Assembly: GCA_905178155.1 (NCBI GenBank)
Contig: CAJINV010000004.1
Span: 10,585,655-10,649,654 of the forward strand
Direction: 5' to 3'
Source: Amoebophrya sp. A120
Taxonomy: Eukaryota > Protista > Dinoflagellata
DNA length: 64,000 bases
Shown here: positions 48,401 to 59,355 of the stretch, piece by piece
Layout: each line of letters starts with the position of its first letter
Numbering within the stretch: the first letter of the stretch is position 1
Translations under genes and position numbers: made by a program
The notes under the pieces: model-generated
Told to the model about the DNA's origin: nothing
Databases searched by the model: none
The model's input: only the letters and a program-made list of their open reading frames with translations

Positions 48401-51400
48401 TAGTAGTATCTGCTAGTAGAAGGGCCAGACAGACACAGAGACAAGAAAGACATCATCGCACAGATAGAGAAACCAATATCGCTCTGTTGCGCATTGGACA
48501 GAATTCCAAGCGCACAGATTTGACGTTTTTTTCAACGGCAAGAAGTTGATATGAAAGAATGCGAAGAGTCGATGTAGCCAGGGGCCTGATCACACTTGTG
48601 ATAGGCTTTAGAGTTTTTTTTGCACTTTAACGCTCAGCGACGAGCGAGCTTTTTTACGTAGATTTTCATATCCATCTCCTGTGCACGTAGCTCTCAGCAC
48701 TGAGAGAAGAATGAGAACAATAAGTAGACAAATACAAGTATGGTGTCAGTGTTGATACTGCTGCTGCTGCAGTTTGAATACAACACCAAGTACAGACAAC
48801 AAAGTTCTCCTAATCCTAAACCCTTACTTGGTACTAGTAGAGTAGAAAATACTGTAAACAGTTTTAAGTTTCTACGCCGTATTCTTTTGTTTAATGCACA
48901 CTTATTTCATACGCAGGCAAGAAGGGCAAGAAGGCGGAGGAGCCGGAGGAGCCACCAGAAGAGCCCTACGCCGGTACTTTGCCTGTTCAGGGACGAGCAT
49001 GACACATTTTAGCGAATGAGTGACGGTGCTGGGCTTGTATTACGAGCTAGTTTTAGAAGTGCAACGGCGAAAATAAACGCAGCTTCACGACCTTGAGTTG
49101 TATGTAGTGAGGTCATAAACGTGGTTTTTCGTTCACGTTCTTTCCGAGCCGCGCCTAGAATTAGAGGTGTGCGACCCGTGCTGTCTTGAGCGCGCTGGTG
49201 TGGCGTGAGACCGACGAGGAGACCAATGAATTGCGCGCTTTATTCGTGCTGCTGCAGTAGAACACTGATTCATGCGCTTGCTTCTGGGTTGGCTGAGTCA
49301 CATAATTACTGCTTAGGGTCGTGGCTGCGAACTTCCAGGGATAGCAATACTTAGTTCATCCATCTGTTGCTAAAAGCTAAATCGGAGTTAAAAAAAAATG
49401 TCCTCCTCCTCGACAGGTCCGCCCTACAGCGTCGACGAGCTCGTCGAGAAAGTCATCACCTGCCGCGCAAAAGAAGCGAAACGCATCACACCAGAGGAGC
49501 TCTACCGGGACGTCATTGACAAAAGACCCGATGTCATGGCCACGAGAATACAGGTATTTGAGGATTAAAGGGAGTGATAGTTGTATTGATTTGTTTGTAT
49601 TGCAAGAGCGACGTTCTGTGTGTGGTAAAAACTAAATGCGTATTAATTGAAACAAAAACACAGAGCTCGATGCGCGCCAAGAAGGCGAAGAAGGAGGTCG
49701 CCGCATTGCGCGCCGAGGAGGAAAGAAAACGCAATCGGCCGGTTACCCCGCCAGTCGATCCTAGCTTGAAGAAAGTGGAGCTCTCGGAGGAGGAAAAAGC
49801 GCTGAACCGCAAACCGCCGACGCACGTCGACTTGGGCTTGAACTTCAAGTACTTCGAGAGCCAACAGGGTCTGAAATTCTTGCTGGACACCGGGAAACTG
49901 GATCCAGACGCACGAACGCTCATAAATCACAAACCCAAAATGCCGGATCTGGATCTGGACCAAAAAATCAAGTACTATTTTTTGGTGTTTAGTGTCAGTT
50001 GCAGCTCGTCGTACATCATGTTCATATAAGCGGCCCCCTTGCACATGCACCTGTTTGTGCACGATGGAAAGTAGAGTAAGTAAAAATCGCTGCTAACCTA
50101 CACGACCCATGCCAGGTCAATATGGCAGCCTCCATTAGTGTACGAGGAGCCAGACGCGTATCTCGACACCGCGGAACTGTTCGAGAATTCTCATGCGGAA
50201 TTCGACTACGGCTATGAACGCGGACTGGAAACGCAAGCGGCAGAAGAGTATAAACTATGATAACTTCTTTTCAAGAACATGTGGTTGTGATGTGCATGAG
50301 ATGATACATATACAGCAGTTTTCTAGTTGTATCAATGCGGTCAAGTTGAAGTTCCAGTTCGAGTTCCTCGCCCCCCATGCAGTTGTTGAAAACCATCAGC
50401 AAAAGATCAACGATCCTTATACCATGAAAATCAGGCAACAGCGCGCCGAGCAAGAGGCGACGCAGAAGGAACAGCAGATGACTGGCGGGTCGCCGAATGC
50501 AGCCGGTGGAGGAAACGGGCAGATGGTAAAGTCCGAGCTGGGCGACGACACCTTTTATCCCAACCCCCCAGAAGACCGGCGACCATCGCGACCGTCCTCC
50601 CCCGTCGGGCCGCATCCGGACAAGAAGGGCCCCCACTGGGACATCTACGGGAACAAACGAATGGCGGGGAAGGCGATCTCGCAGGCGTTCGTGTCTGTCA
50701 ACGATCGGTATCTGCAGGTGGAGGGGCCGACGGATCGACGGACGAGAACCTCCTCCGTCGTGAACAAGAAAAACGCGCTCGAAGCCCCGTCGGTGCAGCA
50801 GGTTCTGAAATCCGGCAACCACTTGCTGACCGGCGACCCGAAGCAGACCCTGCCACGGGCGAAGGGCGCCATCACGGAGCTGAAGACGGAGGACAGAAGT
50901 ACGGACATCAAGTGGGAGCTGTCCGCCACGCTGCAGGGCCTGGGCGACCAGAACAAACTGGTCGACGCGGTTCCCGGGCACGTCCGGTTTGGGTTGCTGC
51001 GGAGGGGCGGCGTGTACCAGATAACGTTGCAGTTGAAGAACCTCGATTGCGAACAAACACGGTTCAACGTGAAACTAGTCCAGGGAACGAGTGAGTATGT
51101 GAAGGTCAACTACGTTCCGAAGAGCGTCGCGCCGGGTTTGGCCATGAACGTGACAATCGAGCTGTGGGCGCACCATTCCGCGAAAATTCTGCAAGTCATC
51201 GAGGCGAGGTGTAAGGCGCACGTGGTGAAGATCCCGGTGTCCGCGAGGATTTTGGAGCCGGATGAGTACGATAGGCTGGACGCGGAGTCGGTCTTGTTGA
51301 ACGGAAAGCGGATTCTCGGCAATCACGTCAGACTGCAGGAGTGGAGCGAGGACAAACTGGGCGCCAACTACATCCCCCCGAACGACTTCCAGTCCATGGC

Positions 51401-51551
51401 GGAGTCGCACGGGAACGACTCGCCGGCACTACTCCGGAAGCAGCAGCAAATGCGGATCTATGGGAAGGTGGTGTCTGATCAGGCACGGGATCCCGACGGA
51501 GGCGACGATCCACCGGCGCAGGTCAGCTACAGTGATCCGGAGCAGATGTGA
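39409..51551 (+). CDS. SPAG17/PF6-like central-pair flagellar protein; many exons
   Basis: Very long gene with RRVQPDGTLIRFLTSGRTELYYPDGT-type beta repeats and a C-terminal PapD/ASH-like domain (PGHVRFGLLRRGGVYQITLQLKN..VAPGLAMNVTIEL). Contains IE21-IE29 and many GT-AG introns; full exon map not resolved. Confidence 0.7.
40142..40392. mobile_element. IE21, family A, 251 bp (reverse orientation relative to IE17)
   Basis: TIRs; TSD ccgtt/ccgtt. Confidence 0.92.
40815..41093. mobile_element. IE22, family B, 279 bp
   Basis: TIRs; TSD cctcc/cctcc. Confidence 0.93.
41639..41900. mobile_element. IE23, family A, 262 bp
   Basis: TIRs; TSD cgggc/cgggc. Confidence 0.92.
43354..43668. mobile_element. 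IE24, family C, 315 bp (right end AAA instead of ATA)
   Basis: TIRs; TSD cctcg/cctcg. Confidence 0.88.
43692..43944. mobile_element. IE25, introner family E (TIR TATGACC.(CTCAAACGTTACAAT)x2), 253 bp
   Basis: ~42-bp TIRs containing a tandem 15-mer; TSD cgggc/cgggc. Confidence 0.92.
43989..44251. mobile_element. IE26, family A, 263 bp
   Basis: TIRs; TSD ggacg/ggacg. Confidence 0.93.
44729..45041. mobile_element. IE27, family C, 313 bp (reverse-complement relative of IE6)
   Basis: TIRs; TSD gagcc/gagcc. Confidence 0.92.
46008..46273. mobile_element. IE28, family A, 266 bp
   Basis: TIRs; TSD ccccg/ccccc; removing element plus 5 bp keeps the frame. Confidence 0.9.
47093..47403. mobile_element. 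IE29, family C, 311 bp
   Basis: TIRs; TSD cctga/cctga. Confidence 0.92.
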
Positions 51552-53006
51552 GGTGTGGTAGACCACGGGTTTATTTGAGTGATGTTGATGGCTCTACAAC
51601 CTTGCTGTCAAGAACACAGCGCTCCTCTTCGCTTCCGTAGAAGCACATCAACGAACTTCTAGAAGTTGCAATGAACAAACGAAAATGCAACTGTAAAATG
51701 ATTTTTATTCCTCAACACCTCCGACTGGGGCCGTTTCGGGGCAGACACCTAACGAACATACACCAGGTGTAATATTCCTTGACGAGAAAGGACCTGTGAA
51801 TGAAATCTAATCTTCTATCAAGCAGTAGACAAGCAGACAAATTTAATTCCAATAATTCGCATGCGGAATTCTCCTGTGCATAGCGAATACTTCATTGCAG
51901 TTGCACCAGCAGACGCGACTACTTGTCGTCTACAGGAGCAAAAAATAACACTCGGAAGAAATTAATCTAGTCACGATGTACCAGTACCAAACTTAGCGAT
52001 TTGAGAAATTTTCAGACAGAATAGAACTCTCATTTTGAGACAGAATCAGAGTGGGAGTGCGGGAGTTGCTCACGCTCCTCCTGCAGACAGACAGAATTTT
52101 ATGTGTAATTCAGACAAAGGGTGTACATCATGCGTCGGAAGTGGACCTATGTATGCGCTTGCGCTTCGGCCTGTGCCAGGTTCAGAACAAAACTGGGGCA
52201 TGAAAGAAGGTAGCTACCCTACGGCAAATTTGTTGGCATGAGAATCAGACAGAAAAATCTCTATCTCAGTAAACTAAAAAGACAATAAAGATAGCAAAGA
52301 ATTTTACTCAGATGTTTGTTTTACGGAGTCATGGTTGAAGTTTCTAGTCGAACATTAGTACAATCAGGCGTCCTGATCAGCAGACGCAGGTCGTATGGTT
52401 TCAAGTTTCTCACAATTGTGGCAGTTTCGGACCACAGCTGCCACTGTTTGCACTGCAGAACTGACGACTCTGAAAAATGTATTGTACACAACCTGTGAAT
52501 AACAATAAACTTTCTTGAAGAGACGAAAGGCGCGACTGAAGAACGACGCTTGATGGTAGCCGAAATGGCTACGGGAGCAGGACCGGAATATGGATAAGCG
52601 TGTACTATCTTCTTTTTTTCGTTTTTTTCAAAGCGTAGTCTTCCATCGTCTTCAGGTTTATCTGCTCGAATGAACAATTTAGCCGCATCAAGCTTTTCAC
52701 GGCAAGAGAGACAACGCAGTTTCGAGCGGTGAAACCAAAGTTGGCTACATCGAAGCGGGAAGCAACGAGGGCGAAGCGTGAGTGGTTTCGTTTTGCTGCA
52801 AAGTGCATGGCAACTATTTAAGTTTACGCTTTCTCTCACCTTTTTGAGAGATGGATACCCCACGGTCAACATCTTCGCAGTGTTAGTTTTGGGCGCAGCG
52901 TGTTGTTAGTGCGTAGCGCGGTTCTGGTCTTCCATAAGCTACTAGAATGATCATTCGCTTTTTGTTGTAGTTGTCCCACCGTTCTTCAAGACACAGTAAA
53001 AATACC

Positions 53007-56000
53007 ATGTGGCTCATCGCGATCGAGGTGGAGCCACCGACGTCCCTCGTCCTTTTGAAATGGGGCCGCGGGGTGAAGACTCTTCGCTACCAAAACGAGA
53101 AATTCTCCGAAAACGCGAATCTCCCCCTCCTCGTCGGCAGTCGGGATCTGCATGTGATGGTCTGGTCCGGCTTTGACCGCGCCTGCAACAACATCAACGA
53201 GCAGAGTATGCTGTGGCACGAGAATGTGGCGTACGACCTGCAGAAAAGGGGGAAATGGGTCACCCTACCGTTGCCAAAAGGAGGTCGGGGAGGTAGTAAA
53301 AACACAGGGATAGAAGATCAGTTCTCCATCGAAAATGCGATCCAGGTGCGGTTGCGCTTCGCCCAAGCACCGCCGCCGGGATATGATCCTCATGTGGAGA
53401 AGGCAATTGCGGCTACAAGATCTACTTCCGCTGCTGGTCCTTTATCCACTCAACACGTCCTCGCCGCTGACATCGAGAATCCTGCCTCGAGGACACCTGC
53501 TAGCGCCATCCCCCTGATCACCTGCGCACAGGCCGACTACGAGCAAAGCAACCCCGACGGGTTCCTGCTCGCGAGCCCACTCCGGTTGGCGGACGGGATC
53601 CACGCGCGGAGCAAGGCCACGACGACGTCCGGGGGAGAGGATGAAGATTTCTCGTCCGACTACTACGAGGCTGCGAACGAGCAGTACTTGATGAAGCAAA
53701 AATCTACTACTACAACCGGTGCCACGTCGAATCATGCCGCGACGACGTCGGTGGTAACGTCGAAGACGCGCAGGCTGTACGAAGAAAGCAAGAAGCCATC
53801 GGCGATCGCGAACCAGCTCGCGGCGATAGCGAATCGCGAGAAGTACTCGTCTATCAACCGCAAATATGTCTGGGTCTGGAAGAGTCATGCTGTTTCTGCA
53901 TGACACAGAAGGTCTGGCATGGAAGCTCTAGCATCACAGGTTTCGAGAAGCTTCCGCAATGCCGAACCCGCATGACAAATCCCCCACTTTGGTGACAGAA
54001 AGTGAGCAGCTTTTGCTACCTATGCATGAGAGATTTTTGCGTGTTCCGAAATGCGCATGACAAGCTCCAACCTTCCAGACCCAGACATTTTTGCATTTGA
54101 TATTGTCCAGAAGCCCGTCGCCGACGAAGCGCAGGCGGGAGCTGCTGGCGTCTGTCATATGACAGCGCACAAGTCCCCCTCCCCCTCATTTGTATTGCAT
54201 TAACGGCAATACAAGCATCAGCAAGAGTGTCGGTTTTGCATGACAAACTTGCACTGGAGTGCAGTGCTATTTGAGCTAGCAGAACTTGTCATGCAAAGAG
54301 TGCCAAGATACAGAGGGCGGATTGGGTATTTTGCATGACAAATGAGGGCGAGGGGGAGTTGTTGTGCACTTTCATATGTCAAGGACGTGGTCGACAAGAA
54401 GTTGGATGCGCTCGGAGCAGGATATCAAATGTAAAAATGTCTGGGTCTGGAAGAATCCAACTTGTCATGCTGATTTTGGATTCTAAAAAAATCTGTATTG
54501 CATGAGTACCAAAAGAAAGGCAGTTTTTGCTACGCTGAGAAGGCATTTGTCATGCGGAATACGCATCAAGAAGCCCTCAAAAAATCTGTATTGCTAGGGG
54601 ATGCATTACAGACATCATGGCTCATGCAAAACGTGCATGGCAAGTGTCAGAATCTTCCAGACTCAGACATTTTTACATTTGATACAGGAGGAGGTACTAT
54701 TATAACCACGGGGGGAGCTGCTGCATCTTCGCGACCAGGCACGACCAGATCGCGGCATCAAATTACAGGGGGTGGAAGTTTGTTGTCGTCCTCCAATGGT
54801 GCAGACGAAGAGTTCCACGAGGAGAGGAGAACAATGAGACCTGCAGCTTCCTCATCCACCACGCGCCGCCCGCAGTCCGCAAAAGTGGTAAGCGCTGGTG
54901 CAGCACCAGCTCGTGCAGGGGAACGGGAGCTGTATGATGGATCAAAACTTCCTGTCGCGGCCCGCTCGCGTGCGGGTCCTGGCGGGCCATCTTTTGCAAC
55001 TACGACGAGACGACCGCAAACAGCGAATGCGCGAGGCCGGGCCTCTGCGTCCACTTCCTCGAGAGCACCGAGAGCGCCGTCGGCTTTTGAATCTTCTAAA
55101 GCAACAAGTTTTGACGATGATCAAAATTATTCCTTTGAAAACTCGCATCATACTAGTACGAGTCGGCAATTTACTCAACATCTCTACTCCAAGTCAAAGC
55201 AGTCCACCACTTCGAAGGACACTACGCTTTTCTACACGAGCGTTGGCGAGATCGACGAGCTGATTCAGGAATCGGACGAGGTTCTGAACCGGGAGGAATT
55301 AGTGCGCGAGCACGAGTGGCTTTTGTCGATCCACGACGACAACGTGAAAATTCTGACCGAGCTGGAAAAAAGGGTGCAGGATCTGGAAAGAAAGAAGCGA
55401 CGGGAAGAGGAAAATCGGGGGAAGAGCCCGCCAAGACGGGACGAGGTGCGGGAACGCAGTGGAAGTGGTGGAGGTACAACCACAGGAGCGCGGAAAGGAA
55501 CTACGGCAGGTACAGGTACATCTTCTGCTAGAGGTGCTGCTCATAGTACAATTAAGCCTATCACCACCCCGCGATCCGCAGCGGGCGTTTCCCGCCCGGT
55601 CCTCGGTCGGAAGGTGGTGGACACGAGTATGGGTGGCTGTGCTTCCGCTTGGGCAGAAACTCTCCCGTTTCAGCACAACCCGAGGGGAAAAAAGGCGAGT
55701 ATGGTTGTACAAGCGGACTTTGCGGGCGGCAGCGGGGACGCTGCAGGTGCTGGTGGTTCGAGTGCGAGAACCACGATCGATTTCCGGAAGACGAGAACAA
55801 CTCCAGGCAGGCCGCAGTCCGCTGCTTCTTTTAATCAAATGCTCGGCCCACCAGCACATCCACATGACAACTACTACATGGAGCCGGGTGTCGCCGGGAA
55901 GACGGTTGCCCGGTGCAGCGCGCTGGTGGAGCGCGCGAGGAAGATGGAGCGCAAGAACCAGCTGCTCAAAGAGGTAGAGGAGGAGAAAAAGCGCGAAATT

Positions 56001-58740
56001 CGGCGGCGAAAAGAGCTGCTGGGGCATGCGCTGACGGAGGAGGAAAAGTTGTCATCTGCGTCGGAGACGGTGGAGGAGTATTTACCTGCGTTGTACGAGG
56101 CGACGGTGGAGCAGACTCAGCTGTTCTTACAAGAAGAAAAGCGAAATAAAGCGCAGAAGAAGAGGAGGAAGAAGGAGGGTCCTATGGGAGTAGAATCTAA
56201 GTCTGTAAACTCCTCGAAGCACCAGACTGGTGGAACAAGAAACTCACCACTCGACGAAGATCATGTTGAGGAAACGTCTGGTGGTTCATCTGATGCTAAA
56301 AACTCCCGCCCACTTTCCCCGTCGGAAAGAGCGAAGACGCAGCTCGCGCCGCTCGGAGCGAAGACGCCACGACCCGCCTCCCCCACCCGCACCTCGGACG
56401 AGTGGGGCCAGGGCGCGCTGTCCTGGATGCTGAAGAGCACGCGGGCGGGGGACACGATCAACGAATACAAAGGCGTCGACGCATCTCAATCGTCAGAAAT
56501 CATTGGGGAGAAGTCCGAGGATGGCGTGCAGCCCAAATGGGTGGATGTTGAGATGACCACGAGAAGGACCTCGAAGAGCAGTGTAGAAGTCCTGACGCAC
56601 AAGTCAAACAGCAAGGACAGTGTAAGAAGCGAGATTCATCGAGCTGGGACAACTACTACTTTTTCCAGACCGGGCTCTGCGCAGCTCGCTCCGATGGGGA
56701 ACAGCCGTTCATCTACTTCCGGACAAGCAAGACCAAAGAGCGTGTCCTCCTCTTCTCGCGCGACTACAGCAGTGGCGAATAAATTCGGCGTTACAACTTC
56801 TTCATCAAATCCTACCACCGTGACAAAGGAATTGCAGAGTCGTGGCGCAAGGGCTGCAAGCATCGGGAAAGTCTCGGCGAAACAGCCACTGTCTGCGAGA
56901 AGAGAGCAGCTGCAAGTTACCTCCGAAAGAAAACCCCTGCCGCGGACGAACGCGGAGGTATGGGCGGAGTTGCGGAGTTGCTGGGCGCATTTGTCGAAGT
57001 CTACGAATGAGTCCAAAGGAACCGTCGTCAGCGCTGGAAATAATGCGGAGTCTGGGAGTAACGAAGCAGGCGAGGAAAGTGTGATTGCTGCGGGGGAAAA
57101 CGAAAAAATCGGTACGAAGGTGTTTTTGGTTGAAGTCAGCGAGCTTTACTTTCGCAAAATGTGATTAATTTTGATGCAAACTCATGTGCCTCTAGGTCTA
57201 CCTCTACATCATGACTAAACCTAACATTCTGATCCGAACATTGACATGGGTAACATTTTTACATCTTCAGCTACAGCTACTCGAGACGACGAAGCCCTAT
57301 CTGTCGCAGCAGACCCTGCTGCCGCCGACCCAACGGCAACGACTGCGCAAACAGCGCGAGAAGGTGGAACAACAAGCAAAGAGTTCGAGAAAGATTGGAG
57401 CGACAGTCAACTGTATTTGACCGTGGAGCAGCAACTACCTTTAATCCGGCTGAAGCTCCGCGAGCGGTACCACGTGCCCCTGACGGCGTTCCGCGCCTTC
57501 GATTTGGACACTGACAACGTGCTTTGCTTCGAGGAGTTCGCCTACGGTTTTCACGTGAAGTGCGGGTGCAGTGAGGAGTTTGTGGATTCTGTCTGGGAGG
57601 AGATCACGACGGAAACGTCGGGGCAGTTTTGCCGGTTTGTGGATTTTTCGAAGAAATTCTTCCCGAAGGCAAGCTTCGCCGCAGTTAGGAACAACAGATC
57701 TGCGGCAGCCAGAACGGGAGTTGCGAGCGGGGCTGGCGAAACAGCGGGGGGGACCGCGGCAAGTTTTGGAGCTGGTAGTTCACCAGTGCCTCCGGTTGTT
57801 CACCTCTATCAGGTGCGGACTTTGGTACCCTTGCGACTGCGGGAAAAGCCGAAAGTCGCCTCTAAAGAGCTGATGGTGCTGGAAGAGGGGAAGACGTACG
57901 ACGTTTTATCACGTGTAAATACGTCCCCAGCCCAGAGTCAAGATGGGAAGTTTGCCAGACAAATCGACCAGCTTAGGCTGTTGCGCATGACAAGCGTGGC
58001 CTCGTAGTGTACTCGCGTTTAGCTACTGCAGAAGCATCACAGATCTAGCTTAGCGCGCTGGTTTGAGCATGACAAATTTCAAAACACGACTAGAAACTGC
58101 TTCTCATCGGGCTCCGCATGAGAAACATTTTATGCATGCAGATTTGCATTACAACTCTGGGGGGGACGTTTTTACAAATGATACGTTTTCGCAGTACTGG
58201 GTGAGTGGGTGAACATCCGGACTTGGTGCACCGTGGTGCTGACTATGCATTGCAAATACGTCTGGGTCTGGAAGAGCGTAACTTGTCATGCTAAATCTGG
58301 ATCGTGGAAAAAATTGTGTTGCATGATTACCAAAAGAGCTCCACTTTTGAACAAGTTCAGAGGCAGTTTCTCATGCAGGCAAGGCATGATAGAGATCTCA
58401 CAGAACCTGTCATGCTAGGCCGTGCATGCCAGAACGCGTGGGTCATAATAAACCTGCATGACAAAGAAACCTAGCAATCTTCCAGACCCAGACATTTTTG
58501 CATTTGATACTGACCGACGAGGGGCAGCTAGAGGTTGACGAGGAGGAAGAGGGGAGAGGCACAGGAGCAGGAGGTCTGAGAACAACAAGCGCTGGATCCT
58601 CATCTCTGTTCAACATCACCAATGCGTCATCTACACCCAGCAGTCAGAAAGTCGTTAGAACGAAGGAGATTCCGGTAGATGGCTGGGCGCTGCGCCGGCA
58701 GGGACCCATGAACTTCGTTGAGCGGATCTACGCTTCTTGA
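53007..58740 (+). CDS. Large, mostly disordered protein with an EF-hand-like motif and a C-terminal SH3b-like segment
   Basis: Frame restored across IE30-IE34 and a probable GT-AG intron 57112-57270. AFRAFDLDTDNVLCFEEF (EF-hand-like); LRLREKPKVASKELMVLEEGKTYDVFAVLGEWVNI (SH3_3-like). Confidence 0.65.
53852..54102. mobile_element. IE30, family A, 251 bp
   Basis: TIRs; TSD tcgtc/ttgtc. Confidence 0.9.
54158..54376. mobile_element. IE31, introner family F (TIR TATGACAGCGCACAA..CCCCCTC..CCCTCATTTGT), 219 bp
   Basis: Imperfect ~40-bp TIRs; TSD tgtca/tgtca; join reads LASVKDVVDKKL. Confidence 0.88.
54423..54684. mobile_element. IE32, family A, 262 bp
   Basis: TIRs; TSD cagga/cagga. Confidence 0.92.
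57907..58183. mobile_element. IE33, family B, 277 bp
   Basis: TIRs; TSD cgttt/cgttt. Confidence 0.9.
58244..58509. mobile_element. IE34, family A, 266 bp
   Basis: TIRs; TSD ctgac/ctgac. Confidence 0.92.
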
Positions 58741-59355
58741 ATATGGGATAAAAATAGAAGCAACAAATAAGCAATGCTTGTCGTGCAAATGCGCAAGGGC
58801 ATTTGGAATGGCCGCGGCCCCTTTGAATGCGCGAATAGCTTGGTTCTGTTTTGTACTAAACTTCTGGTTGATGTCTAGATCTCGAGGTAGATGAGACGTT
58901 GACATTTCGTCGTCGTGACCCTTCGCCACCAGTTCTTCCCACATTTTTGCCGTCGTGATTTCATCGTACTATCGTAGGAGGTTCATTTTCAACTTCGAAT
59001 GTTCACCTGCTTCATCGCTGGAAAGCAACGTGTTATCGTCTTTTGTCGGTAATAAATTTTGTGGTCGAGAAAAAAAGCCGGGTCGAAAAGTGGACCGCAA
59101 AACAGACCGCGTGTTGTAAGTATTTCCTGTTGATGTAGGAGAAATGTCTACTTGCTGGCACTTGCGTCGGCAAAACAGCATCCGTTCTCGAAAACTGACT
59201 CACAAATACAGCATTCTCCAGTGCGGTCTTTTTTTCGCAAAAAGAGAAGAGCCAGCAACACAATACTACAAATTGCTTGCTTCGGGATTTTTTTCATGAT
59301 CTGCTTGCTTCGGGTTCGTTTTCACTTTTAATTTGGATAGAAATACATCAACATC

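Noticed and set aside
26856-56027. Long minus-strand ORFs (26856-27791, 50271-51056, 55299-56027 and others)
   Set aside because: Antisense shadows of GC-rich + strand exons with no recognisable domains.
4640-58514. Idea that introners create GT donors because the TSD ends in G before TAT
   Set aside because: Only 11 of 34 left TSDs end in G (A 9, C 8, T 6), and a matching AG acceptor exists only for IE12 among these.
4750-58603. Recurrent peptide motifs KCKNVWVWK, SNAKMSGSG, FQTQTFLHLI, NPPSPY and GTFLHRI in dozens of short ORFs, suggesting a repeat-protein family
   Set aside because: They are translations of the family A, B and C TIRs in different frames, not proteins.
6213-58740. Genes as transposon-disrupted pseudogenes
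   Set aside because: Exons show no other stops or frameshifts where checked, and every checked junction restores the frame on removing element plus 5 bp, which is unlikely for dead genes.
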